From positions 30,752,001 to 30,816,000 of the forward strand of contig NC_042997.1 in the NCBI RefSeq assembly GCF_006345805.1: 64,000 nucleotides of DNA, in the 5' to 3' direction. The notes under the pieces were generated by a model. That model was not told the DNA's origin. It saw only the letters and a program-made list of their open reading frames with translations, and ran no database searches. Positions 50,293 through 62,500 of this stretch are shown in pieces. Each line of letters opens with the position of its first letter. The stretch's first letter is position 1. Made by a program: the position numbers and the translations under genes. The stretch comes from Octopus sinensis. Lineage: Eukaryota.

Positions 50293-50682
50293 TGTTGTTG
50301 CTGTTGTTTTAATATCCATTTTCCCCATAAGGCAGTGAGCTGGCAACGACGTTAGCACGCTGGGCGAAATGTTTAGCATTTAGTATTTCATCTGTCTTTA
50401 CGTTCCGAGTTCAAATTCCGCCGATGTCGACTTTGCCTTTCACCCTTTCGGGGGTTGATAAATTAAGTACCAGTTGCATACTGGGGTCCATCTACTCGAC
50501 TTCACCCACCTCCCCGAAAATTTCGGGCCTTGTGCCTAGAGTAGAAAAGAATAGAATATCCACTTTCCCGTGTTTACATGGGTCAGATGGAATTTGTTGA
50601 GGCAGATATTCTACAGCTAAATGCCCTTCCTGTGCTCATTACTCATTTGCAACTATCAGAGGATGTCAAGACAAGCTCTGCA

Positions 50683-50735
<53 letters not shown>

Positions 50736-50914
50736 CAAACAACACACACACATGATACATATAGCCCTTTGATTTTTTTGACCTGGCTTTGACCTGGCTT
50801 GATACAAACAGCTAGTAGTCATTATGACAGCTGACTTTGTCATTACTTTTTATTCACCAAAAATACACACACACACACACACACACACGCACGCACAAAC
50901 ACACTTGTCATCTT

Positions 50915-50947
<33 letters not shown>

Positions 50948-51090
50948 TTCCTTCTTTGAAACTCTCTTGCCTTATAAAACCATGTTTTATACCTCTCAAC
51001 TTCTGTTCTTTCAACATGTGATCTCTTGAGCACCACCAGCTCAAATATTTTTTCCTCTGTCTTCCCTTCTTGGGATCTTTCCTTCTCTTT

Positions 51091-51125
51091 GTTTCTGACG
51101 AAGAGCTCCGCTCGAAACGTTAAAC
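51091..51125 (+). ncRNA. Minimal hammerhead motif with an extra A after A9, in a Penelope-like tail
   Basis: GUUU-CUGACGA-A-GAGC-UCC-GCUC-GAA-ACGU-U-AAAC: 4-bp stems I and II, loopless palindromic stem III, GUU site. Confidence 0.65.
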
Positions 51126-51260
51126 CCTCCTTCTTTCCTTCTTTCCTGAGCGTCCAATAATACTTTAATTGTTCCACGTCCTGCGTTGCTGTGTTTTTTT
51201 TTCTTTTTTCTGTGTTTTCTTGTTTGGATTAACTTTATATATATATATATATATAACAAG

Positions 51261-51814
51261 CTGCAAAGATATAAACAAATTTTCTCTCCTTCTTCTTCCT
51301 TTCCTTCTTTTTCTTTAACACCTCATTCAGATACAAACACACACACACACACTCTCTCTCACAAGACAATGATAAAAAGGAAATCCAGACAATTTTTTGA
51401 AAAGTGACATTTTGCCCCAGTTGGAGTAAACAACTGGATTTGCCATTACTAAAAGCCAAGAATCGATTATTATTGACAAACTGACCAGCTGCAAAGATAT
51501 CAACAAAAAATTTTTTCTTCTTTCTCTCCATGTTCTTCCTTTCCTTCTTTTTTTGTAACACCTCATTCAGATACAAACACACACACACACACTCTCTCTC
51601 ACAAGACAATGATAAAAAGGAAATCCAGACAATTTTTTGAAAAGTGACATTTTGCCCCAGTTGGAGTAAACAACTGGATTTGCCATTACTAAAAGCCAAG
51701 AATCGATTATTATTGACAAACTGACCAGCTGCAAAGATATCAACAAAAATTTTTTCTTCTTTCTCTCCATGTTCTTCCTTTCCTTCTTTTTTTGTAACAC
51801 CCCTTTTAGATACA

Positions 51815-51865
<51 letters not shown>

Positions 51866-51880
51866 GCTCTCTCTCTCACT
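51261..51880. repeat. Tandem duplication, about 240-bp unit, about 2.5 copies
   Basis: CTGCAAAGATAT(A/C)AACAAA recurs at about 51261, 51490 and 51730 with near-identical internal sequence. Confidence 0.9.
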
Positions 51881-51963
51881 TTCTCCCCAGAATGCCTAGA
51901 ATACAAAAGGTATGCTATGTGCCATATATGTAATAATTTTAAAATATCACACTTTTTTTTCAG

Positions 51964-52024
51964 TTTTCGAATAAAGAATAAAAATTCAGTGGACGTAAGG
52001 GCAGAAAGAGATTCTTGGATGGAG
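51964..52024 (+). CDS. Exon 8 (FRIKNKNSVDVRAERDSWME), PH beta7 and C-terminal helix
   Basis: Acceptor actttttttttcAG, donor GAG|GTATGG, 61 nt. Only the phase-2 entry is open, and it contains the ERDSWM helix with the conserved PH Trp. Confidence 0.85.
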
Positions 52025-52149
52025 GTATGGTAAAATTCTTTAGATTTTTGTTTTCACCTTTCATTACCTTTATCTGATTAAACTTCTTTGTCGCTAGTCT
52101 GACTTCTTTTCTCTCATGATTTTATCTAGGACTAACTTATTTAGAAAGT

Positions 52150-52550
52150 GCATAGCTTAATGGTTAGAGCATTGGGCTCAAAAAAGCACATGGCTCAGTG
52201 ATTAGAGAATTGAGCTCAAGAAGGTGCATGGCTCAGTGGTTAGAGCGCCAGGATCACAAACATGAGGTAGTCAGTTCAATTCCTGAACTGGCTATGTGTT
52301 GTGATCTTGAGCAAGATATTTTACTTCGTGTTGCTCCAGTTCACTCAGCTGTAGAAGTGAGTTGTGACATCACTGGTGCCAAACTGTATTGGTCTTTCTC
52401 TTTGATAACATCAATGGCATGGAGAGGAGAGACCGATATGTATGGGCAACTGCTGGTCTTCCATAAAACAGCCTTGCTCGGATTTGTGCTTTGGAGGGGA
52501 ACTTTCTAGGTGCAATCCCATGGTCATTCATGACTGAAGGGGTCTTTACC
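52150..52550 (+). mobile_element. Older tRNA-derived SINE family E (others about 8720-9065, 26840-27150, 42980-43330, 43345-43570)
   Basis: TGGCTCAGTGGTTAGAGC head, (A)GTTCAATTCC B box, CTTGAGCAAG...TTGCTCCAGTTCACTCAGCTG core. Confidence 0.75.
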
Positions 52551-53196
52551 CATTACCCAACTTATTTAGTGTATCCGTCCTTCCTTTTTTTTTTTTCTAA
52601 GATATTAGTGCTTAATGTTTTTAGTAGGTCAAGCAATCAATTAGGAGATCCTTTGTCATTTATTTAAATTTGTTATTCAGGTTTATTTATTTAATTTTAG
52701 TTTGCAGATGCAAGTTACTTTTTGTTCTTTATTTAGTAATGAATAATAACATGTTTTGTTGTGTCTCGGTAGAGTCATGATGCCAATAATAATAGCATGT
52801 TTGTTTAATAATGTTTGTTCAATGTGCTGATTAAAACAATCAATCAGTTGTTTGTTAGTCAAAGGTATTTTGTTGCTGTTCTTGACCTTTTCAGTGACTT
52901 AGTGACTTTCCCTTTCACTCCGGTGTCTGCTTTACATGTTTTCTTTTTCTTATTGCTTTTCATGGAAAAGTAATGAGAAAAAAGGCAAAAAAAAAAAATG
53001 AGGAAAAAAGTGCTGGAAAAATCCCTTGTGATGTTTCTCTTAGCTCTTTACTTCTTGAGCTCAAATCCCACCCTGACTTGCTGTGGGTTCAATAAAATAA
53101 AGTTCTAGTCAAGTATTGGAATTAATATAAGTGACTCCTTGCTTCCCCAAATCTTCGGCCTTGTGGCTATATTAAAAATAATTTTATACAATTCAG

Positions 53197-53277
53197 GCTT
53201 TCTGGAAGGCATCTGCCCGCAAAAATATAAAAACTAAGTGGATGGAAAATGTTAGATTATCTAAAATATCAGAAGAG
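53197..53277 (+). CDS. Exon 9 (AFWKASARKNIKTKWMENVRLSKISEE)
   Basis: Acceptor attttatacaattcAG, donor GAG|GTAAGT, 81 nt, phase 0 to 0. The other two frames are closed. Confidence 0.85.
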
Positions 53278-53289
53278 GTAAGTCAAGAA

Positions 53290-54240
53290 CGTATCATCTG
53301 TTAAAGTTCCTTTTCCAAGTATTTTCTATCTTCTACATCTGTTGTGTGTATATGTTAGTGATATAGGACAGCAAATCTCCAATGCATCTAACTTTACAGA
53401 AACCATATTAGAGGTCATTCAAGACAGAAAGTTATTCAACATGATAAAAGAAGTGGTTGTTAATGGTAATTCCCATTATTTTTGAGGAGTTGTTGGTGAA
53501 AATGATATGCAGAGTCAAAGAAGTTGGCTTTTTGTCCTTTTTTGGTGATGGAACACACCTTGATAGATTTCCTAAGAATGAAGTTGATACCAGTAGAAAT
53601 AAAGATTTTGAAGTTTGATGAGGATAGGAGCAAACTCTGGAGTCCTCTGTTTGAGGGATATGAAAGGGATACTGTTGGAGAGTGATGAAAGGGTCATCAT
53701 TTTATTGGGTTGAAGTTCTTACATATCTCTCGTTACCACACATATATAATTATGTGTCTATATGATGAGAACAGAGAATATAGAAAAAGGAAATTTGTGA
53801 GGAGTTTTATTGAATACGTACAGTGTTGAAAAGTAAGATAAGCAACTAATGTGAAGGCTTCTTCCTTGAAGGTGCTACCAGAAGAGCTGTCTTGCTTGTG
53901 GAATGGAATGGCAGATTGGAGGATTCCTCCAAGGGAGTAGAGAGCCTCTTTGCAATTGACCAGAAGTTTTAGAAACATGAGAGTTTGTTTACTGTACGAT
54001 GCAGAAAGGTGTCTATTGCTTCTCTGATAGCAGTCTTCTAGACATTGTGTAACTGATGAAGATGATAATTGTGGTGGATAACTTTCCATAAGGAGTTGTG
54101 CTCTTTGTTCAAACTGCTGCTGCACAGATGTGTTAATGCATTTGGATTTTGTGAGTGTCGATGCTTTTGATGGATGCAGAATGGATGAAGCTATCTGTTT
54201 ACTGTGTCAGATAAGTCTTGCAGGGAAACACTTTTGTTGC
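53290..54240 (-). mobile_element. Decayed Jockey/CR1-group LINE reverse-transcriptase relic
   Basis: Minus-strand translation VPSPKKDKKP...SKIMGITINNH...HVE*LSVLNDL*YGFCKVRCIGDLLS matches the pre-RT pattern P.PKKG..NYRPISL..K..E..IN..QYGFR..RSTGDLL. The extent beyond about 53560 is approximate. Confidence 0.7.
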
Positions 54241-54340
54241 TAGGAATAGTTGGTATAAAATTTGTAGAGTTTCAACTAATTAACTGAGTGTTTTCTGTAT
54301 ATTTTTCTAATATGTAACTGTATGATTTTCTAATTTGTAG

Positions 54341-54366
54341 GACTTTGATAGAAGTTCTACAGAAAG
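54341..54366 (+). CDS. Exon 10, 26-nt microexon (DFDRSSTE-R)
   Basis: Acceptor ttttctaatttgtAG, donor AG|GTATGT, phase 0 to 2. Supplies exactly the phase change needed between exons 9 and 11. Confidence 0.75.
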
Positions 54367-54480
54367 GTATGTTGTAATGTATTTTATTACTTTCTCTTTT
54401 AGCATCACATTACCCGTGAGGGAGGTGCACATTATAGTACTAAGTTTTTATATTCATTTTTGTTTGAAAGAAGAATTTAA

Positions 54481-54690
54481 CCCTTTTGCATTCAGATAAT
54501 TCTGTCTATTGTAATGCTTATTTATTCACATTGCTTTGAATTAATCATGTAACTTCAAGATTTCAATAATGTGATTCCTTAATTTTAAAATAACATTGTA
54601 GGGTAGGTATGAGAGGCTGGATCTTGTCAGTTTGAACATAAAACAGGTAAAATATTTGGGCTTGATATGGCTAGTTTAAATACTAATGGG
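54481..54690. mobile_element. piggyBac-like MITE, second family (other copies about 16441-16665, partial about 8520-8715 and 47645-47690)
   Basis: TTAA+CCCTTT(T)GCATTCAGA start, degenerate ...TACTAA(A/T)GGG end, shared internal sequence between copies. Confidence 0.7.
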
Positions 54691-56973
54691 TTTCATCAGT
54701 CAAATCGTCCAACCCATGCCAGCATGGAAAATGAACGTTAAGCGATGATGATGATGAGTGTATCTATAACAAGGATTACATTATCTAATATATCCTTCAT
54801 TAAGATGGAAGAGCATAATTTGAGGGATATTTGGTTACTAATTCTAGCTGATCAAGTGACTATGTAGAATCAAAGAGAGGCAAATACCATCTAGTATTTA
54901 GTATAATTTACAATTTAAATAGGCTTCATGTCCTCCTCCCTCTTATAAATATGATCCAACTTTATCAGCTGTCTTATTCTATCATGTTGGCTTTTTTTAA
55001 TTTGTGATTTGTGTTCTTGTATTCCTTTTTTTTTTTTTTTTTATAATGGTACAAAAGTTAAAATAAAAATGTATAAAATATAAAAACAGTTTAGAAATGT
55101 AGTAACAGAATATACAATGAACTAAAAGAAATTACTCATGTGAGACAATGACATACATTTAGCTAAATCAGAAGGTTATCACTAAGAAGTACCACTAGGT
55201 TTTTGTTTTCTTTCTCCAAGCAGGAGTGGCTGTGTGGTAAGTAACTTGTTTACCAACCACATGGTTCCGGGTTCAGTCCCACTGCGTGGCACCTTGGGCA
55301 ATTGTCTTCTACTATAGCCTCGGGCCGACCAAAGCCTTGTGAGTGGATTTGGTAGACGGAAACTGAAAGAAGCCCGTCATATATATGTATTATATATATA
55401 TATATGCGTGTGTGTGTTTGTCCCAGAAAGAGGAAGTAAGAGTGAGAGAAAGTTGTGGTGAAAGAGTACAGCAGGGATCACCACCATCCCCTGCCGGAGC
55501 CTGGTGGAGCTTTAAGGTGTTTTCGCTCAATAAACACTCACAATGCTCGATCTGGGAATCGAAACCGCGATCCTATGACCGCGAGTCCGCTGCCCTAACC
55601 ACTGGGCCATTGCGCCTCCACCTTAGACACAATTACTGTTCCTAACACTAGCTTAATGATAACTAAGTTATTTTACAAAATTCTTTGTTAGATTTAAAGT
55701 AATTGAAAGAAACACAGAACATTTCAAAATAAATACAGTAACAAAAGGGTTAAAGGCATTCAGTTGTGACTCTCCCATTCTTTTTTATTACTATGCTCTA
55801 TCTAGGGCAACATTATACAGTTTGGGAAAAAGGTTTTGTAAGGGATTATAATACTGTTAATCAATTACTGAGACGCAAAACAGCAATGAATACTACAAAT
55901 GTACAATACACAATACTGTGTTTAAATAATACAAATTTTTAGTCTTCATGGCAGTGACTATGTTATTCATTTTATTGGGCTTATGTAAACAAATGAACTT
56001 CTTAAGTGGGGATTGGCCGGACACGTTTTAGTTCTATTTGGGTCAAATTATCAGAGACCACACACTGCACCCCTGCATCTACCTGTTATCTGACTGTATG
56101 GAAATATTGTATATGTGTAAGAGTGTGTGTGTATATATACATACACACACACACACACACACATACATATATGTGGGTGGAGGCGAAATGGCCCAGTGGT
56201 TAGGGCAGCGGACTCGTAGTCGGAGGATTGCGGTTTTGATTCCCAGACTGGGCGTTGTGTGTGTTTATTTAGCGAAAACACCTAACAGCTCCACGAGGCT
56301 CTGGCAGTGGGGGGGGGCGACCCCTATTGTACTCTTTTGCCACAACTTTCTTTCACTCTCTCTTCCTGTTTCTTGAGTAATGCTGCGATGGACTGGCGTC
56401 CTGTGCAGCTGGGGGAAAACACATACGCCACAGAAACCGGGAAACGGGCCCATGAGCCTGGTTAGGATTGAAAAGAGCGCCGTTATATATATATATATAT
56501 ATATATACCGGAGTAAACACATAAATGTGAAACAAGGTTGAAAAAAGAGTACTCAAATACCAGTGGTAGAGTAATATGCTTTATTCAAAAGCAGCAGAAA
56601 ATTCAACAAAAACTCAGAGTAACAGGTTTTGTTGAATTTTCTGCTGCTTTTGAATAAAGTATATATATATATATATATATATATAGATCACAACAGTTTG
56701 ATTCAGAATCCTTGGTATTCGGAGTTTCAAGCTTGTGGCTAGTCTTCAGCCATTGGAGTCTGAATGGGAGTTCTACTGAAGAGAGTCAATGTTTATAACT
56801 GGATTGGTCAAGAAATGTCATGTGGTGTTGATGTTGGTAATTCAGTGACAGCAGTTAGATGGAAAATACCACATGGTGAACAGGAAATCGACTGAATGGT
56901 GAACAAGACATCAGTTGTGTGGTTGAGGGAAGTAGGAAGGGGCGGTAGATGTGGGGGTATATATGCATATATG

Positions 56974-56974
<1 letters not shown>

Positions 56975-57017
<43 letters not shown>

Positions 57018-57213
57018 ATATATATATATGTGTGTATATATATATATGTGTATATATATATGTGTGTGTGTATATATATATGTGTATATATATGTGTATA
57101 TATATATGTGTGTGTATATATATATGTGTGTATATATATATGTGTGTGTATATATATATATGTGTGTGTGTATATATATATGTGTATATATATATATGTG
57201 TGTGTGGTATATA

Positions 57214-57256
<43 letters not shown>

Positions 57257-57275
57257 ATATATATATGTGTGTGTA
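56975..57275. repeat. Compound (TA)n/(TG)n microsatellite
   Basis: Direct reading. Similar TA/TG/GATA tracts at 2190-2285, 2400-2650, 3410-3670, 17420-17500, 45140-45230, 60270-60330. Confidence 0.95.
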
Positions 57276-57923
57276 TGCATCAGTACTTATACAAGTGTGT
57301 ATGTGTGCTTAGATGTGCATTCACTCATCCATGTGTGCACGTACACACACACACGTGCACACACATGAAAACACATGCACACACACATACATGGGTACAC
57401 ACACATGCATGCACACCTGATCAAAGCCTTGTGAGTGGATTTGGTAGATGGAAACAGAAGGAAGCCCTGTGTGTGTGTGTGTGTGTGTGTGTATTATCAA
57501 CCACATGTATTCAAGGTATGTGTTTTAATTGTTCACCAGTATGCTGCAGTTTAGCACAGTGGGGACGACTCCTTCAAAGTACTGGGTGTTAAAACACCTG
57601 AAAGTCATAGACAGGTGAGACAACTCACTCCTAATTCCATTCAGGAGTGATGAATGCCAATATCTGGCCATTTTTGTGGCTTATCAATATCATGTACCCG
57701 AATCAAATTAGGGGCGAACTGAACCACCAGTCAGTGACTATATACAAATAGTATACAAACCATTTGCTGGTATGCTAGGACAATGTATACGTAAGAAGTT
57801 CAATTACAAAATAGAAGCAGTCCTTGAGTTGTAAACATTATTTACTGCATATACTCAATGTATATGTTTTGCTTGTTCACCAGTTCACTGCAGCAAAGCA
57901 CTTTGGAGATGATTCCCACATAG

Positions 57924-57959
<36 letters not shown>

Positions 57960-58397
57960 TGCGTGTGTGTGTGCACACGCATGTGTGTGTGTGTCTTTGT
58001 GTTATGTTTGTTCGTCTCACCACTAGACAACCATTGTTGGTTTGTTTATGTCTCTATAACTTAGCAGTTCGGCAAAAGAGAGTAATAGAATAAGTAGTAC
58101 CAGTCTTAAAAACTAAGTACTGGGGTCAATTTGTTTTGACTAAACGCTTTGACTAAACCAGCATTGCCTCAGTTCACTGACTGAAACATGTAAAAGGTAG
58201 AAGAGTGTAAAAGCCATCTTGAACTCATAACCATTTGATTAGTTGATTAGTTGTTTATTCATTTCTCAGCCATCTAAATAACACCCGAGAAAATCTTGAA
58301 TATCAACAAATCTCATTTTCTATTTTTCTATAAAATTTGATGCTTTATATTTGTGTAAGAAGCGTATGTTTACAATTCTTCTTCTTCATTTCCTTAG

Positions 58398-58480
58398 ATC
58401 ACCCAGCCCTCCTGTGGATTATGCTGAAAATCTAGCTCGCTTTAAAAGAAGCAGTAGTAAAGAGAACAATATGTTGAATG
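58398..58480 (+). CDS. Exon 11 (SPSPPVDYAENLARFKRSSSKENNMLN)
   Basis: Acceptor cttcttcatttccttAG, donor G|GTAAGT, 83 nt, phase 2 to 1. Confidence 0.85.
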
Positions 58481-59769
58481 GTAAGTTATCATCATCATCA
58501 TCATCATCCTCATCATCGTCATTATCATTATCTCCTACAACTTTTTCCTGGGAGGGTTATACAGTTTTACTGTAGGCGCAGAAGTGGCTGTGTGGTAAGT
58601 AGCTTGTCTACCAACTACATGGTTCCGGGTTCAGTCCCACTGCGTGGCACCTTGGGCAAGTGTCTTCTACTATAGCCTCGGGCTGACCAAAGCCTTGTGA
58701 GTGGATTTGGTAGACGGAAACTGAAAGAAGCCCGTCGTATATATTTATATATATATGTACATTTGTGTGTCTGTGTTTGTCCCCTAGCATTGCTTGTCAA
58801 CCGATGCTGGTGTGTTTATGTCCCCGTTACTTAGCGGTTCGGCAAAAGAGACTGATAGAATAAGTACTGGGCTAACAAAAGAATAAGTCCCGGAGTCGAG
58901 TTGCTCGAGTAAAGGCAGTGCTCCAGCATGGCCACAGTCAAATGACTGAAAACAAGTAAAAGAGAAAAGAGTTATAAAGCTGATGTGAAGACCAAGAATA
59001 TAGTGCATGTAGTTTATTGGCAAAAAATAAGACCATCCCCAAATATAACAATACGTGCATATATGCATGTATTTATATATATGTATAGGTGCAGGAGTGG
59101 CTGTGTAGTAAGAAGCTTGCTTCCAAGCGACATTGTTCCAGATTCAGTTCCACTGCATGGCACCTTAGGCAAATGTCTTCTACTAAAGCCTTGGGTTGAC
59201 CAAAGCCTTGTGAGCGGATTTGGTAGACAGAAACTGAAAGAAGCCTGTTGTATATATATATATATATATATACCGGAGTAAACACATAAATGTGAAACAA
59301 GGTGGAAAAAAGAGTACTCAAATACCAGGGGTAGAGTAATATGCTTTATTTAAAAGCAGCAGAAATTCAAAAAAACCTGACGAGGAACCAACAAACATGA
59401 TTACAATAGTCAAACAGTAATAATAATAACAACAAACCTTTTTAATTTATCCCCATTTATGTGAAATTTTATACGAATTGCTAACACACACACACACATA
59501 ATAAGGGTGAAAAATTGAATATTAATTTGATTAATATGAATTGAAAACCAGTGGTGTAGCATATAAGACCATAGCGGCTCTTCCTCTAGCAAAAAGGATG
59601 ACCAGTATTAATGGCTCATCCCTGTTACACACACACACTCACACACACACACACACGCACACACACACACACACACCTTAGCTTACAATTTTCTTTCAAC
59701 AATTGACACTGTCATATATGTATATGTTTGCGTGTCTATGTGTGTAAAGAGAAAGTGGGAGTAAGTGTG

Positions 59770-60230
59770 GTAATAGGCGGAGTAAAGCCTTTGAAGTGAG
59801 AGAGGGAAATCGTAAAATATTGAGTTTTCTCGAATTTTTGCTTAATTGGGGGTGAAATTGAAAGAAATTTATATGCCATGACCGAGTGGAATGTACTTGG
59901 AAAAATCATAGGTAAACTCCAATTGAAGAAATTGTGTGAGGAGTAAATCGTTATGTATTTATTTGTTTCTGTTTGCTCTGTATTTTTTTTTTGAGTACTG
60001 CTTTAAGGTACACTTGCAAAGAGAAAGTAGGAGAAATTATGGTAATAGCAGGAGTGAAGCAGTTGAAATTAGAGAGGCAAATCGTAAAATATTTACTTTT
60101 CTCGAATTTTTGCTTAATTAGGGGTCAAATTGAAAAAACTTTATATGCCATGACCCAATCGAATCTACTTGTAAAAATCGTAGGTAAATTCCAATTGAAG
60201 AAATTCTATATTGTAGAATTGTATTAAAAA
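59770..60230. repeat. Diverged tandem duplication (about 270-bp period) of unknown element origin
   Basis: AAATCGTAAAATATTT...TTTTCTCGAATTTTTGCTTAATT...TTTATATGCCATGACC occurs at about 59808 and about 60080. Confidence 0.75.
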
Positions 60231-60271
60231 GGAACATGGGAACAGGCAGAGAAAATCTGCCTTTTATCATA

Positions 60272-60327
<56 letters not shown>

Positions 60328-60945
60328 AATTAAATTAAATTAGAGATAAAACCACTATTATGCAAATCAAACAGTGAAAAACATAAAAATAAATAAATTA
60401 ATATAATATGAAAAAAAATATAAAATTTATATAATTAAATTAAAGATTTTTTATATTTATAAATTTTTATAAATTTTTATATTTTTATATATTTTTAAAA
60501 TTTTGAATTTATAAATTTTTAAACTTTTAATTTATTTATTAAATTTTTTTTTAAACTATCAAAAAGTATTAAAAAGTTTAATATAAAATAATAAGTAAAC
60601 CCACAATATAAAATAAGTAAAACCACTAATATAATAAGTAAAACCACTAATATAAAATAATAAGTAATGTATATATATGTGTGTATGTATGTATGTATGT
60701 ATATATTTGTGTATCTGTGTTTGTCCTTCCACCATCACTTTACAACCAATCTTGGTTTGTTTACGTCTCCATAACTTAGCAGGTCAGCAAAAAAGACCAA
60801 TAGAATAAGTACCAAAAAATAAGCCCAGGGGTCTTACAAAACATAAGTCCAGGGGTTGATTTCTTCGACTAAAAGGTGGTGTTCCAGTATGGCCGCAGTC
60901 AAAATAACTGAAACAAGTAACAGAATAAAAGAATATATATATATA

Positions 60946-61683
60946 CTAGCATTAAAGACCCGTCGTTGCCGGGTCATAGTGCTAGTGCATGTATATATAT
61001 GTATATATAAATGTGTACATATTACATGTACATCTATATATATATATACATCTACACATAAAATGCAAAATACAAAGTTATATCTTGATATCGCTAGTGA
61101 TAGATAACAATACTCAAAATCTATAACAGACAGGAATTTTTAGCTCTTCTTTTTTCTCTACATTGTATACTTTATAAACAATAGTCTTTTCTTTAATTTA
61201 ATTTTTTATTATCCATCTGGACTATTCCATTTCTGTATGCTAATTATATTTTTAATTTATTCCCATTCATGTGAAACCACTTATTCAGGTTCAAATCATT
61301 GATGCAATTTTATACCAATTGCTATTTTTACTTTTTTTATGTTACGGTTATATTATACTTTAGTTTGATTTTAATTATTACTTACTACATATAATTCGAT
61401 TGTTATTATTGTTTTTATTGTTAAAGTGAAAGTATCTGACATAAAGTAGAGAAATATTTTTGTTTCACTTTTAACACGTAATACTGAAATAGTGGAGAAG
61501 ATATGATATTGCTATGGGCTCGCTCTAGGCAAGAAGTTGAACCTTTTTTTTTTGCCCATGAAACTACATGGACCCTAAGTAAGGCATGTGTAAAATTTGA
61601 ATGAAATTGGTTGTGTAGTTCTCAAGTTTTAGGGAAACACACAGACAGACAGACATACATTCTCAGTTTTATATATATAAAGA
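60946..61683 (-). mobile_element. Non-autonomous Helitron
   Basis: Minus strand starts TC (61683-61682) after A, carries a (TGTC)n tract, has a GACCCG/CGGGTC hairpin at 60957-60975, and ends CTAG (60949-60946) before T. No TSD. Confidence 0.85.
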
Positions 61684-61688
61684 TATAC

Positions 61689-61747
<59 letters not shown>

Positions 61748-62339
61748 TACATATATATATGCATACCCATTCTTATTTGCACCGTCATTTCTATTGCTAA
61801 GCCAATCCTGTTTCTTCTCCCCTCTTTGATTCCTTGCTCCCTGCTTTTCTTTTTCTTTCTCTTTCTTCCGTGCTCTCATGTGACCGCCTTCAAACCGGTC
61901 TTTTCGGCTTGACTGCTGCCATGTTAACGTTTGTTTTCGTTCTTTGCCGCAAAGGCTTTTTTCAAATACGCCAGCCAAGATAAGTTAAAAATTGTCTAAA
62001 GTCGTAAGACGCCTGCTGTTTTTGTCCTGCTTACCATTCTTGTTTTTTATTTCTATTTTTTGTTTCTTGTATTTATATCCGTGTGGCACCCTGTCTTTGT
62101 TTCGTATACATTCGATCCTCTTTCCAAGAAATCTAATGCCTGTGACTTAGTTTTTCATTGGGGCTGGCCGGTTCAGAGTGATATCGAGATTAAACAGCCG
62201 AAATTGCTAAGATGATCCGGTTCCGACAGAAGATTAGAGGCTTTGAGTGACCCGTCTGTTTTTTTATGTGTCGTCTCTTTGTGTGTTTTTGCGTTCTTGT
62301 CCCACTTTGTAATTTATATTTTATATTTAATTTCTATAC

Positions 62340-62372
<33 letters not shown>

Positions 62373-62500
62373 TACATATATATATGCATACACATATCTA
62401 TACTTTTATATGTTTCTTGCGCTTTGCTTCATTTTTGCTTTAAAGAATCTAAAATGTCTCCATTTCATTCCTTGGTTCATTCAACATCTGGTGACATTAG

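Noticed and set aside
51891-51909. 19-nt AG...GT microexon as a fix for the exon 7/8 frame conflict
   Set aside because: It creates TAA at the exon 7 junction and leaves only a 54-nt intron.
56700-56756. Minus-strand hammerhead-like remnant (UGG-CUGAAGA...GAAACUCCGAAUA-CCA) at the end of a probable Penelope 3' fragment
   Set aside because: G16.2 is mutated and stems I and II are weak; treated as decayed. Similar decayed traces at about 3245-3295, 8335-8385 and 24225-24270.
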